In this document: one piece after another, positions 12,456 to 26,304 of the stretch
How the letters are laid out: the number at the start of each line of letters is the position of its first letter
How positions within the stretch are numbered: position 1 is the first letter of the stretch
From: Octopus sinensis
Taxonomy: Eukaryota
Length of the DNA stretch: 64,000 bases
Reading direction: 5' to 3'
Assembly: GCF_006345805.1 (NCBI RefSeq)
Contig: NC_043003.1
Span: 107,136,001 to 107,200,000, forward strand
Notes under the pieces: model-generated
Told to the model about the DNA's origin: nothing
The model's database searches: none
Seen by the model: only the letters and a program-made list of their open reading frames with translations
Position numbers and translations under genes: made by a program

Positions 12456-15400
12456 CATTACCTGTCCATTCCGTCACTTGTCCATTCCGTCACTTGTCCA
12501 TACCATCACTTGACCATACCATCACTTGTCCATACCATCACTTGGCCATACAATCACTTGACCATACCATCACTTGTCCATACCATCACTTGGCCATACC
12601 ATCACTTGGCCATACCATCACTTGGCCATACCATCACTTGTCCATACCATCACTTGCCATACCATCACTGGCCATACCATCACTTGCCATACCATCACTT
12701 GGCCATACCATCACTTGACCATACCATCACTTGGCCATACCATCACTTGGCCATACCATCACTTGGCCATACCATCACTTGGCCATACCATCACTTGTCC
12801 ATACCATCACTTGGCCATACCATCACTTGTCCATACCATCACTTGGCCATACAATCACTTGGCCATACCATCACTTGGCCATACCATCACTTGGCCATAC
12901 CATCACTTGGCCATACCATCACTTGTCCATACCATCACTTGGCCATACCATCACTTGACCATACCATCACTTGGCCATACAATCACTTGGCCATACCATC
13001 ACTTGGCCATACCATCACTTGTCCATACCATCACTTGACCATACCATCACTTGGCCATACAATCACTTGGCCATACCATCACTTGGCCATACCATCACTT
13101 GGCCATACCATCACTTGGCCATACAATCACTTGGCCATACCATCACTTGTCCATACCATCACTTGGCCATACATCACTTGGCCATACATCACTTGGCCAT
13201 ACCATCACTTGGCATACCATCACTTGGCCATACCATCACTTGTCCATACCATCACTTGGCCATACCATCACTTGACCATACCATCACTTGGCCATACAAT
13301 CACTTGGCCATACCATCACTTGGCCATACCATCACTTGTCCATACCATCACTTGACCATACCATCACTTGGCCATACAATCACTTGGCCATACCATCACT
13401 TGGCCATACCATCACTTGGCCATACCATCACTTGGCCATACAATCACTTGGCCATACCATCACTTGTCCATACCATCACTTGGCCATACCATCACTTGAC
13501 CATACCATCACTTGGCCATACAATCACTTGGCCATACCATCACTTGGCCATACCATCACTTGGCCATACCATCACTTGGCCATACCATCACTTGTCCATA
13601 CCATCACTTGGCCATACCATCACTTGTCCATACCATCACTTGGCCATACAATCACTTGTCCATACCATCACTTGGCCATACCATCACTTGTCCATACCAT
13701 CACTTGGCCATACAATCACTTGGCCATACCATCACTTGTCCATACCATCACTTGGCCATACCATCACTTGACCATACCATCACTTGGCCATACAATCACT
13801 TGGCCATACCATCACTTGGCCATACCATCACTTGTCCATACCATCACTTGGCCATACCATCACTTGTCCATACCATCACTTGGCCATACCATCACTTGTC
13901 CATACCATCACTTGGCATACAATCACTTGGCCATACCTCACTTGGCCATACCATCACTTGGCCATACCATCACTTGTCCATACCATCACTTGTCCATACC
14001 ATCACTTGGCCATACATCACTTGCCATACCATCACTTGACCATACCATCACTTGGCCATACAATCACTTGGCCATACCATCACTTGTCCATACCATCACT
14101 TGTCCATACCATCACTTGACCATACCATCACTTGGCCATACAATCACTTGGCCATACCATCACTTGGCCATACAATCACTTGGCCATACAATCACTTGGC
14201 CATACCATCACTTGTCCATACCATCACTTGTCCATACCATCACTTGACCATACCATCACTTGGCCATACAATCACTTGGCCATACCATCACTTGGCCATA
14301 CAATCACTTGGCCATACAATCACTTGGCCATACCATCACTTGACCATACCATCACTTGGCCATACAATCACTTGACTATACCATCACTTGACCATACCAT
14401 CACTTGTCCATACCATCACTTGACCATACCATCACTTGGCCATACCATCACTTGGCCATACCATCACTTGACCATACCATCACTTGGCCATACAATCACT
14501 TGGCCATACCATCACTTGTCCATACCATCACTTGTCCATACCATCACTTGACCATACCATCACTTGGCCATACCATCACTTGTCCATACCATCACTTGAC
14601 CATACAATCACTTGGCCATACCATCACTTGGCCATACAATCACTTGGCCATACAATCACTTGGCCATACCATCACTTGACCATACCATCACTTGGCCATA
14701 CAATCACTTGACCATACCATCACTTGGCCATACCATCACTTGGCCATACCATCACTTGTCCATACCATCACTTGTCCATACCATCACTTGTCCATACCAT
14801 CACTTGGCCATACAATCACTTGGCCATACCATCACTTGTCCATACCATCACTTGGCCATACCATCACTTGTCCATACCATCACTTGTCCATACCATCACT
14901 TGACCATACCATCACTTGGCCATACAATCACTTGGCCATACCATCACTTGTCCATACCATCACTTGTCCATACCATCACTTGACCATACCATCACTTGGC
15001 CATACAATCACTTGGCCATACCATCACTTGGCCATACAATCACTTGGCCATACAATCACTTGGCCATACCATCACTTGACCATACCATCACTTGGCCATA
15101 CAATCACTTGACCATACCATCACTTGTCCATACCATCACTTGGCCATACAATCACTTGGCCATACCATCACTTGGCCATACCATCACTTGGCCATACCAT
15201 CACTTGTCCATACCATCACTTGGCCATACCATCACTTGGCCATACCATCACTTGTCCATTCCGTCACTTGTCCATACCATCACTTGTCCATACCATCACT
15301 TGTCCATACCATCACTTGTCCATTCCGTCACTTGTCCATACCATCACTTGTCCATTCCGTCACTTGTCCATACCATCACTTGTCCATACCATCAATTGGC

Positions 15401-15950
15401 CATACCATCACCTGTCCATTCCATCACTTAACCATACCATCACTTGTCCATTCCGTCACTTGTCTATACCATCACTTGACCATACCATCACTTGACCATA
15501 CCATCACCTGTCCATTCCGTCACTTGTCCATACCATCACTTGTCCATACCATCACTTGGCCATACAATCACTTGGCCATACCATCATTTGACCATACCAT
15601 CTCCTGTCCATTCCGTCACTTGTCCATACCATCACTTGTCCATACCATCACTTGTCCATACTGTCACTTGGCCATACCATCACTTGACCATACCATCACT
15701 TAGGCAAACCATCACTTGACCATACAGTCACCTGGTCATACCATCACACAGCCATACCATCACTTGGTCATACTCTCACCTGTCCATACCGTCACCTGGT
15801 TATGCGATCTGTCCATACCTTCACCTGGCCTTATCAGCACTTGGCCATACCATCACTCGGCTATACTTTCATCTGGCCACACTGCCACCCGTCCATTTCG
15901 TCACTTGGCCATACCATCACTTGACCACACAGTCACCTGGTTATACCAAC
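12456..15950. repeat. 16-bp minisatellite, about 215 copies (ccataccatcacttgg)
   Basis: Continuous tandem array with variants ttgGcc/ttgTcc/ttgAcc and atacC/atacA; degenerates at both ends. Confidence 0.98.
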
Positions 15951-15989
15951 ACCCATCTATACCAGTGTAGTCCTCTTTTGAACATTCTA

Positions 15990-16300
15990 CTGACACTTCT
16001 GATGCTCTTTTCCTTCTGTTTTCTTCTTTTTCTTTCATTTTACCATTTTCCTTTCCTCTTACCTCTGCTCCATCATTCAAGTATGCTGACCTTACACATC
16101 CATCAGAGCATACTTGGCTTCTCATGCATCTTCCACATTCACAGCCCATTCTTGCTACCATTTAATATCTCACTCCAAAAGCGGCATCATACAACCTGCC
16201 TTTCAGTCACAGAGAAGCCTTTTGTTGCCAACTGAAGTAGAAATTCTCTTTGCTGTCCCCTTCACCCATTCTTGCTCTGGTTACTCTTGCACCAACTATC
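15990..16300 (-). mobile_element. RTE LINE C-terminal remnant
   Basis: Minus strand gives ATKGFS..LKGRLYDA..AVNVED..SML*WMCKVS across frameshifts. Confidence 0.7.
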
Positions 16301-16353
16301 ATCACTGTTATTTAGGTTACCTAGGCAACAGGGTTAGGGTTATACTAGAAGAC

Positions 16354-16737
16354 GTGGAGGCGCAATGGCCCAGTGGTTAGGGCAGCGGACTCGCGGTTGT
16401 AGGATCGCGGTTTCGATTCCCAGACCGGGCGTTGTGAGTGTTTATTGAGCGAAAACACCTAAAAGCTCCACGAGGCTCCAGCAGGGGATGGTGGTGATCC
16501 CTGCTGTACTCTTTCACCACAACTTTCTCTCACTCTTACTTCCTGTTTCTGTTGTACCTGTATTTCAAAGGGCCGGCCTTGTCACTCTCTGTGTCACGCT
16601 GAATATCCCCGAGAACTACGTTAAGGGTACACGTGTCTGTGGAGTGCTCAGCCACTTACACGTTAATTTCACGAGCAGGCTGTTCCGTTGATCGGATCAA
16701 CCGGAACCCTCGTCGTCATAACCGATGGAGTGCTTCC
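16354..16737 (+). mobile_element. Full-length young SINE family C with 12-bp TSD
   Basis: tRNA-like head (tggcccagtggttag..gtttcgattccc). TSD atactagaagac at 16342-16353 and 16738-16749. CpGs retained. Confidence 0.9.
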
Positions 16738-17016
16738 ATACTAGAAGACCACATTTTTACAGGTGACAGAAAATGGGAACCACCTGTCAACGGAAAAAAA
16801 AAAAATGAGAGTGACTGTCAATGAATGAAAAACAATTCCTAACATCACATTGAGTCCTTGAGCAAGACACTTCATTTCATATTGCTCCAGTCTGCTCAGC
16901 CTACAAAAATGAGTTGTACCTGTATTTCTAAGGGCCAGTCTCGTCATTCTGTCACACTGAATCTCCCCAAGAACTACATTAAGGGTACACTTAAACGTTA
17001 ATTTTACATATACATA

Positions 17017-17080
<64 letters not shown>

Positions 17081-17119
17081 TACATACATATATATACATA
17101 CATACATATATTCATGTAT

Positions 17120-17428
17120 CATCATCATCATCATTTAGCATCCGTTTTCCATGCTAGCATGGGTTGGACGGTTTAACTGGGGTCTGTGAAGCCGGAAGGC
17201 TTCATCAGGCCCAGTCAGATTTGGCAGTGTTTCTACGGCTGGATGCCCTTCCTAATGCCAACCACTCCGTGAGTGTAGTGGGTGCTTTTTACATGCCACC
17301 TGCACAGGTGCCAGACAGAGCCGGCAAACGGCCACGAACGGATGGTGTTTTTACATGCCACTGGCACGGGGGCCAGGCGAGGCTGGCAACGGACATGAAC
17401 GGATGGTGCTTTTACGTGCTACCGGCAC

Positions 17429-17430
<2 letters not shown>
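17120..17430 (-). mobile_element. Family D copy with two about 60-bp internal repeat units
   Basis: Family D consensus sequence. Confidence 0.8.
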
Positions 17431-17462
<32 letters not shown>

Positions 17463-18964
17463 ACTAAGAGGATATTTAGACCTCTTATAGGGATATTTCT
17501 ATCCAAGATACACTGGTTTAATATATTGTATTTTGAAGAGATATTTCATAAGATATCAAATATTATTATTGGAGTCTATTGGAGTATTCAAAAAGATCAT
17601 AATGTAATCCTTGTATTGTCCCTTTTTCATGCCCTGATGATTTTCCACCCAGGCTATTTTGAAATGCAAGCTTATATATTTATATATGTTTTGTAGTTTA
17701 AGCTGGATGCGAAATGAAACAATTGTTGGTGAAGATGCTAATTAATTGATAAATTAATTTGTACCCAAACTTAATAATAATATTTGATATATATATATAT
17801 AGCATATGATTATTATTGTCACTGTAATTGTACACACATACATCTTTATAAACACATATTTTTACACACAATATGATTGAGGGGATAAAATACTGCAGAA
17901 AAATTTTGATGAATCTATATTTTCATATTTTTGTAATTGTTTTTTTTTTGCTCACCTCATCTAAAATTAATATATGTGAGAAATCATCACCTATTGATAA
18001 TTTTTCTTAAACGAATAAATAGTTGGATAATATTTATATCTATAATTATTTTCTTTTAGATGATAAATTTGTTCCATATATCTTCTTCATTCTTCATTTT
18101 TCTACTACAGCTTCATAGCTTCTTCCTATTCTTCATCTTCCTCCTTTTTCTTCCTTTTTCTTTTTTCTTCTTGAGACATCAGTTCAATTTCGTTACAAGT
18201 GTTTTGCCGTGTCTCTGTACACAGATGCTGCTGTAATTTCAATCCGTATGCTCCTTCATCAATCTGAGAGTGGGGGAGAGCAGCAGTACACAAACGGCTT
18301 AAAAGGGGCTATAAATACTGTTCTCTCTTCTAAGGATTCCCCTAAATCCTTAGCTGTTGAGAACAGATTCAAGAGTTACCTTCTAATGTAGCAGGTGATA
18401 CATTAGCGTTCTCATGAAAGGTGAGAATGTAAATTGTCGTCAATTTAATATATTATGGGTCCTTTGGGCCTTTTGGTCATTTTTAATGTCCTTTCCCTTA
18501 ATATTTTCAGAGGCACTAAATTCTTTATTCACTTTAGTCCTATTTGAATCAATCAAGATAGGTGTGATGGTAGTGCTGCTGATGGTGGTGGTGGTGTTGA
18601 TGGTGATGGTGGTGGTGGTGGTGGTGATGGTGCTGGTGATGGTGGTGGTGGTACAGGTTTCAAATGCTTAGAATGTCATACTTTAAATGGTAATTATTGC
18701 TTCCCAACCACATGGTTCCAGGTTCAGTCCCACTGTGTGGAACTTTGGGCAAGCATCTTCTACTATAACCCTGGGCCAACCAAAGTTTTGTGAAGGGATT
18801 TGGTAGATTGAAGCTGCAACAAATGTCCTCCAGAAGACCATCATAGTCTCCTGACTTCTCGTTCTTCAACACAGCATCCGTCTAATTATTGCTGTCATCA
18901 TTGATATATTTTTCAGTTATTTAACACTGTAGGTCTACAAAAGATATTATCTCAGGACGAATAC

Positions 18965-19193
18965 CTATTTCTTTATTACCCACAAGGGGCTAAACACAGA
19001 GGGGACAAACAAGGACAGACATAGGTATTAAGTCGATTACATCGACCCCAGTGCGTAACTGGTACTTAATTTATCGACCCCGAAAGGATGAAAGGCAAAG
19101 TCGACCTCGGCGGAATTTGAACTCACAACGTAACGCAGACGAAATACCGCTAAGCATTTCGCCCGGCGTGCTAACGTTTCTGCCAGCTCGCCG
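18965..19193 (-). mobile_element. Full-length young SINE family B with 15-bp TSD
   Basis: TSD tctcaggacgaatac at 18950-18964 and 19194-19208. Minus-strand A-box-like TGGCAGAAACGTTAG and B-box GAGTTCAAATTCC. Confidence 0.9.
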
Positions 19194-19755
19194 TCTCAGG
19201 ACGAATACTGCAATTAATTAGGCTTTTAACGATGTATCTGCATTAAGTATGATACACAGCTTGTCATTTCTCTAAAAAAAAAAAAAATTTGGGTTTCTTT
19301 AATCGTTGTTATTTAGCCCTGAGTCAAACTTGTTGAAACAAATCTAACTCATATGATCAAAGTTATTCCAGCCTTGACCATCCATTTTAATATTCACGCA
19401 TTACTTACATTATCTAATGTGTTCTTTTTATGTGGTATAATTGTGTAGGGTTGAAGATTTGGCTGTTATTTTTAGCAAGTTAAAAATACCATGTACAGGG
19501 TTTCTTTTTAATGGTTTTGTAATTTTGTGTTGATTTACTAATAAAAATATTTTCCCTATTATCATGAAATTGAAACCACAGATTGAAAATTTGTAAAATT
19601 CCAAGACAACAGATAAATTTTCTTCCTCTTCCTTTCTTCCATGAAATGAAACACAAATAATAATAATAATAATAATAATAAAATAATAATAATAATAATA
19701 ATAATAATGATAATAATAATAATAATAATAATAAATAATAATAATAATAATAATA

Positions 19756-20310
19756 AATGCCCTGATGCAGTACCAGGCAGTGGCTCTCATGGCTTCTGAT
19801 CTTAACTGATTGGAAGTGTTATCATGTACATTGTTTTGTCTTGGTATAAAAGATGGGCTACAGCAAATATTCTGCTCAATACCACAGATTTGCTTGTCAG
19901 TTGTTTGACCTTAACCAGTTGAGCATGTCCCTTAGTGGCTGACGATATGTGCATCTCTGATCACGAGCAGAAGTAGTGGGGGAGCATCATAGCCATGTGT
20001 TGAGAGGGATTCTTTGGGGTTTGAATAGTTCACCTCTGGAAACATGGGTGGTTCTTTCAACATCCTTAAACAACCCTATTCAGGGACCGTTTGAGCGGGA
20101 TGGGCTACTCAACCTGAAGAAAATTCTAACTGGGCCCCACCTGCAAGGTCATGTGCTGTTTATCTTGATATAGATCACCATGTCGCGCACATATGGTTGT
20201 GATGCATGTGCCTGGTGTACCTTTATCAGACGGGTAGTCATGATGGGTATATTGGGCTTCGTATATTTTACCCCAGTGTCACTTTGATGGCATGAACTGC
20301 TCTCTCACTC
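19756..20310. mobile_element. About 555-bp unclassified element embedded in (AAT)n
   Basis: Sharp block of higher-GC sequence flanked by (AAT)n on both sides; no TIR or ORF. Confidence 0.55.
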
Positions 20311-20338
20311 AATAATAATAATAATAATAATAATAGTA

Positions 20339-20384
<46 letters not shown>

Positions 20385-20422
20385 TGATGATGATGATAAT
20401 GATGATGATGATGATGATGATG

Positions 20423-20470
<48 letters not shown>

Positions 20471-20929
20471 TAATAGGCACACTGTGAATTGAAAATTTTA
20501 ATGATTCTAAAAAATTGATTTGATGAGGAACCGCCATAAAATGGAATTCACAAGACATTTAAAGTATCAGAGAAATATAAGTTAAGCACAGTATTTTTAA
20601 TTTATTTTTCAATCTCTTTCTGTGATATAGATTCTGTTGCAAAGAAGTCCAGCTGTGAAGCTAATAATACTTTATTGATTAAAAGGTAAAAGAAAACCAG
20701 AGCACCCTAAGGTTACATTCAAATATGAGAGCAGTAAACCATTTTATATTCATGTTTTCCATTCTAGCATCACTGAACATGTTTAAAGAATTATTTATGT
20801 TCAAATTTTGAACATGTTTTGTGTTGTTAAGGAAATTATTATTAAATCTGGATGGCATTACTTTTTATTACTAACAAATCAAAATGACAAACAGAAGGAG
20901 TGGAACTTGTTATTCGACCCAAGAATGCT

Positions 20930-21260
20930 AAGACAGAAAGCTAGATGCATTCCATCAAAGACACTGGAGAAGGATTCGAAGAACGTACTAGCAAGACCAT
21001 ATAACCAAAGAGGGCATTCTGAAGAAAGCCAAAACAAGACTGCTTAGCAAAATCATCACAGAATGAAAATTAAGATTAGTGAGTCACATACACTGGCCAC
21101 CAGAACAACACCATTGTAAAACAGCTTTCAAATGGACACTACTGGAGGGGAAAAAGAAAAAGAGGATGACCAAAAAGTGCAGGGTACAGAAGATTCATAA
21201 CCTACATGAGAGAGGCCAACATCACATGGCCGGATGCAGAGAAAACCGCAGCCAACAGAA
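20930..21260 (+). mobile_element. RTE LINE C-terminal remnant
   Basis: RKLDAFHQRHWRRI..QDHITKEGILKKAK..KTAFKWTLLEGKKKRG*PK. Confidence 0.75.
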
Positions 21261-21559
21261 ACCAGTGGCATCACTCTTTCTTCCTGTTTCTGTTGTACCT
21301 GTAATGCAAAGGGGCCAGCCTCGCCAAACTCTGTGTCCTGCTGAATCTCCGCAAGAACTACGTTAAGGGCACATGTGTCTGTGGAGTACTCAGCCACTTG
21401 CATGTTAATTTCATGAGCAGGCTGTTCCGTTGATCGGAACAACTGGATCCCTCGTTGTCATAACTAATGGAGTGCCATGATATATATATATATATATATA
21501 TACTTTGATACTTTGATAGGTTTCGGCCATTATTGGCCCAGGCCATGTCTAACTTAATA

Positions 21560-22030
21560 GCACCACCTGGTGAAGTCTTTCAAGTCAGAATTTGGGCACT
21601 ATGGCCCACTCAAGTAGAGAGTTATTGTTTACAGAGACATATCCGGGTGTAGGGGGTTTATCTGGGATTTCTTGAAGGAATCTGTCCAAAGACTTCTTGA
21701 ACCCTATAGGGTCAGTTTCTGTTTTAATGTGTTTTGGTGTAATGTTAAGAGAGCGGGGCCAATTGAGGTGAAATAATTGTGCCGTATTGTTGTTATGAGA
21801 TGAGAGTGCGATTTTTGTTTTGGGCGGATGGCACGGGGCCCAAGCCTTGGATGTACCTTAAAGGTGATGCCAACATCATTTGGGCAATGCTGATGGAATA
21901 TTTTCCTCATCATGCAGATGATGTAGCGCTCACGACAACGTTGGAGAGAATAAAGTTTTAGCTTTTCTAGTCGACCCTAATAGTCGAGGCCTGTCATGCC
22001 ATCTATCTTTTTTGTGATTGCCCTTTGAGG
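21560..22030 (-). mobile_element. CR1/L2-group LINE 3' remnant
   Basis: LKLYSLQRCERYIICMMRKIF..HPRLG..TIRHNYFTSIGPALL..FKKSLDRFLQEIPDKPPTPGY across frames. Confidence 0.75.
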
Positions 22031-22804
22031 TGCTTATGTATATATATATATATATATACTTGCTGCCCAATGTGGTCCAGAGTAGAAGAGAAACTAAGAC
22101 AAACAGCTTTATGTGACTTGCCCAAAACAATCTCCAAAATGTCTCTTCACTCTTTGGCATTGAGATTCCTCTGTCAAATGTAATGCTTATTTATTCACAC
22201 TGTTTTGAATTAATTATGTATTATCTTAGAGCTTTGAGATTTCAATAATATAATTGCATATAATTAGAACGACATTGTAGGGTAGGTGTGAGAGACCAGA
22301 TCTGACTTAAAACAGGTAGAATATTTGGGCCAGAAATGGCAGGTTTAAATGCTAAAATGTTAAACCTCAAAGATTTTTATGGACTGATTCTTAACTCTGA
22401 TTTTATCACATTGAGCAGGTGAAAGATCCATCTTACTTCAGAATTTTTTCAGTGACTCACAAATTGGCTGTTTGAACATTAGACAGAATGCAACACAGTA
22501 TTTGCTCCAGTTCTCTGAGACCTAAGTTGAAATCCTGACAATGGTGCCTTTTATACTTTTGAGGTTCAAAAGAATAAAGTACCAGTCAGTCTTGGGTGAA
22601 GGATTGGCAGAAAGGCTAAAGCACCAAAGTATCTGTTCCAACTGTGAGGTGACAACCCTTACAACAAGACTGGTGCCAAGTTGTAGAAGCCTTTCTTTAC
22701 CTTAAACATTAGGGGCATGGAAACAGGGAGACTTGCATGTATGGTCAGCTGATGGTCATTATCATCATTTAACGTCCGTTTTTTTTAAAATGGCATCTAT
22801 CATA

Positions 22805-23014
22805 CTCTCTTTTACTCTTTTACTTGTTTCAGTCATTTGACTGCGGCCATGCTGGAGCACCGCCTATAGTCGAACAAATCAACCCTGGGACTTATTCTTG
22901 TAAGCCCAGTACTTATTCTATCGGCCTCTTTTGCCGAACCGCTAAGTAACAGGGACGTAAATATACCAGCATCGGTTGTCAAGCAATGCTAGGGGGACAA
23001 ACACAGACACACAA

Positions 23015-23047
<33 letters not shown>

Positions 23048-23212
23048 CGACGGGCTTCTTTCAGTTTCCGTCTACCAAATCCACTCACAAGGCTTTGGTT
23101 GGCCCGAGGCTATAGTAGAAGACACTTGCCCAAGATGCCACACAGTGGGACTGAACCCGGAACCATGTGGTTGGTAAGCAAGCTACTTACCACACAGCCA
23201 CTCCTGCGCCTA
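22805..23212 (-). mobile_element. Full-length SINE-A
   Basis: Family A consensus from head to ..gactgaaacaagtaaaagag tail. Confidence 0.88.
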
Positions 23213-23744
23213 ACTCATATAGAGTTTACTGATGTAAATTTTTTTATGGTTGGATGTCCTTCTTGTCACTAAACCTCACCTGTTTTCAAGTAAGGTAATA
23301 TCTCCCCACCACCACCACCACCATGGCCAGACATGTGTTTGCTGAACATTGGAAATGGATGACACTGCTTGTATGACAGGGACACTCATTTACAACACCC
23401 ACACAATGTCTAGGCAAGGAAACACAAATAGTTGAGAGGATTGGTGTTCTGAAGAGGAAGGATTTAGATAAACTCTCGAAAGGAAAGATTAGGAAATGAG
23501 GGATCAGGGTGGAGAGACACAATAAGGATAAGAAGGGGAAGTAAGGCAGGCTTTTCAGGTGAACTTTGGCGGGGATTGGTATAGAATTAACTATTTCAGA
23601 GGAGTAGGGTCTGTTGTGATTGTAATAGAAGGGGTACATTAGATATTGTTCAGTCTCTGATTGTTATTGGAGTTTAGCCTCAAACCATCCTTGATTGAAA
23701 ATAAGATGAAAGGCAATCCAGCTGTGACTCTCCCATCTTTTTAG

Positions 23745-24395
23745 AGATATTAAGTATTCTTTTCTACTCTAGGTACAAGGCCCAAAATTTTTGGGGAGGG
23801 TGCCAGTCGATTAGATCAACCTCAGTACATAACTGGTACTTAATTTATTGACTCTGAAAGGATGAAAGGTAAAGTTGACCTCAGCGGAATTTGAACTGAG
23901 AATGTAGTGACGGACGAAATACTGCTAAGCATTTCACCCAGCTCACTGCCTTTCTGTACAAATATATTCTTTTCTACTCTAGGCACAAGGCCTGAAATTT
24001 TGGGGGAGGAAGCCACTTGATTACATTGCCCCCAATACACAAATGGTACTTAATTTATTGACTCCGAAAGGATGAAAGGCAAAGTCAACCTCGGCGGAAT
24101 TTGAACTCAAAACGTAACGACAGATGAAATACCACTAAGCATTTCGCCAGTGTGCTAACGTTACTTATTTCTTTATTGCCCACAAGGGGCTAAACATAGA
24201 GGGGACAAACAAGGACAAATAAAGGGATTAAGTTGATTACATCAACCCCAGTGCATAACTGGTACTTAATTTATCAACTCCGAAAGGATGAAAGGCAAAG
24301 TCAACCATGGCAGAATTTGAATTCAGAACATAAAGACAGATGAAATACTGCTAAGCATTTTGCCTGGCGTGCTAACGTTTCTGCCAGCTTGCCGT
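23745..24395 (-). mobile_element. Cluster of three tandem SINE-B copies
   Basis: Core ggtacttaatttat..ggatgaaagg(c/t)aaagt..ggaatttgaa occurs three times. Confidence 0.8.
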
Positions 24396-24849
24396 CTTAG
24401 AGGTATAACATATCACAGTATTTCATGCATTCTATTTTCAAGATGGTGGATGGGGGGATAAATGTTGTGAATTGGCTGAATGGGAAAGACATGCCTTGAC
24501 ACATTTGTTCTGGCTTTTTGTCTTCTGTGTTCAAATTCCACCAAAGTCAAATCTGCCTTTTATCCTCCAGGATAATGGACAGACATGGATTTTTCAAAAT
24601 AATCCAAACACACCTACAGCATATGTCATTATTAATATAACTCATGAATGTGAAGAATTTAATAAAATACATAACAGTTTCGTAACTAAGATATCATCAT
24701 AATCACTATCATCATCATCATGAACATTTAACATCCATTTTCCATCCCAGCATGGGTCGGATGGCTTAACAGGAATTGGCAATGCCAGGATCCACACCAG
24801 GTTCCATAGTCTGTTTTGCCATGGTTTCTATGGTTTCTGGATGCCATAG

Positions 24850-25011
24850 GCGCAGGAGTGGCTGTGTGGTTAGTAGCTTGCTAACCAACCACATGGTTCC
24901 GGGTTCAGTCCCACTGCGTGGCATCTTGGGCAAGTGTCTTCTGCTATAGCTCCGGGCCGACCAATGCCTTGTGAGTGGATTTGGTAGACGGAAACTGAAA
25001 GAAGCCTGACG

Positions 25012-25052
<41 letters not shown>

Positions 25053-25255
25053 TTGTGTTTGTCCCCCTAGCATTGCTTGACAACCGATGCTGGTGTGTTT
25101 ACGTCCCCATCACTTAACAGTTCGGCAAAAGAGACCGATAGAATAAGTACTGGGCCTACAAAGAATAAGTCCCGGGGTCGATTTGCTCGACTAAAGGCGG
25201 TGCTCCAGCATGGCCGCAGTCAAATGACTGAAACAAGTAAAAGAGTAAAGAGTAA
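24850..25255 (+). mobile_element. Full-length SINE-A
   Basis: Family A consensus. Confidence 0.88.
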
Positions 25256-25639
25256 TATAGCATTTGCCAACCACTTTACAGAGTGGACTGGGTGCCTTTT
25301 ATGCGGCACCTGCACCCACAATAATGATTTTTACGTAGCACCTTGGTTTTCGGATCTCAATTCTGTTGTGGTGGGAAGGTCTCCTTGAGTACAGCAATTC
25401 ACCACTCTGTCATCTTCTTTGTAAGGTTCAGCATTTTGAGATCCGTCTTTGATACTTCGTCCCTTGTTGCCAGGGATCTCCTTCCTCTTCAAGATAAGTA
25501 TTTGGGAAATATCATAACAAAGTTATGATGGAAAGTTTTAAATACAAATACTTTAGAATTTCAGATTTTTTAATCATAAAATAATAAGGAGTCTCAGACA
25601 ATGATGATGGTGGTGGTGGTGGTGGTGGTGTTGATGATG

Positions 25640-25671
<32 letters not shown>

Positions 25672-25968
25672 GATGGCGACGACGATGATGGTGATGATGA
25701 TGATGATGATGGCGATGATGATGGTGATGATGATGATGATGATGATGATGACGATGATTGCATTCTGTGTTGACATCGACACCAATCATTCTACCTTTTC
25801 AAAGACATATGAAATATGAAATTCCCTGAAAACCAAGTGAGGGTCGGTGACAGGAAGAGCATCCAAACCAAAGAATCCTACTTCAAAATCAATTCCCATC
25901 CAATCCATACCAGCATGGCAAAACAGATGATAAAATATTGAATAAATAGAATTATACAACAAACTCAC

Positions 25969-26212
25969 ATCGATATCTTTCCTGATATGTTGCTCAGCCA
26001 TCTGACAAATTTTCTGTGTCTGTGCCACACTGAGTTTGGTACATTTGTTCACATATTTACTTTCCATTCCAGTTTTTGCCTTCATTTCTTGGATTTGGTC
26101 TTTTAGATAAGCAATCATCTCATTTCGATTCTGGATTTCCCGTTCTTTTTCTTCAGTAACCTCCGCCACAAGCTTCGTCAATTCCTTCAGACGCTGATGA
26201 CTGTTCTGTTCT
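25969..26212 (-). CDS. IQCG: Internal coding exon (244 nt) of IQ-domain protein G / dynein regulatory complex subunit 9
   Basis: Translation (R)EQNSHQRLKELTKLVAEVTEEKEREIQNRNEMIAYLKDQIQEMKAKTGMESKYVNKCTKLSVAQTQKICQMAEQHIRKDID matches, from memory, human IQCG [62 protein letters not shown] donor at 25968. Long pyrimidine tract with the first AG at 26214-26213; an alternative CAG would give a start at 26205. Confidence 0.85.
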
Positions 26213-26304
26213 CTTCGCAGAAAAGAAAAAGAAAAAAAAACTCAAATGAAATAACATCAGCCATCTGACAAATTTTCTGTGTCTGTGCGACACTGGGTTT
26301 TGTA

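Noticed and set aside
12494-15719. Long His/Pro/Thr-rich ORFs (up to 319 aa) and CRISPR-like regularity
   Set aside because: These are translations of the 16-bp minisatellite, with no splice signals or unique coding flanks. There are no unique spacers, so it is not CRISPR.
16354-16430. tRNA-like sequences at SINE heads
   Set aside because: They continue into SINE bodies with TSDs and lack a complete cloverleaf/acceptor stem.
18080-18180. Lys/Glu-rich minus-strand stretch resembling the IQCG C-terminal tail
   Set aside because: Low-complexity purine run with in-frame stops and no IQ motif upstream.
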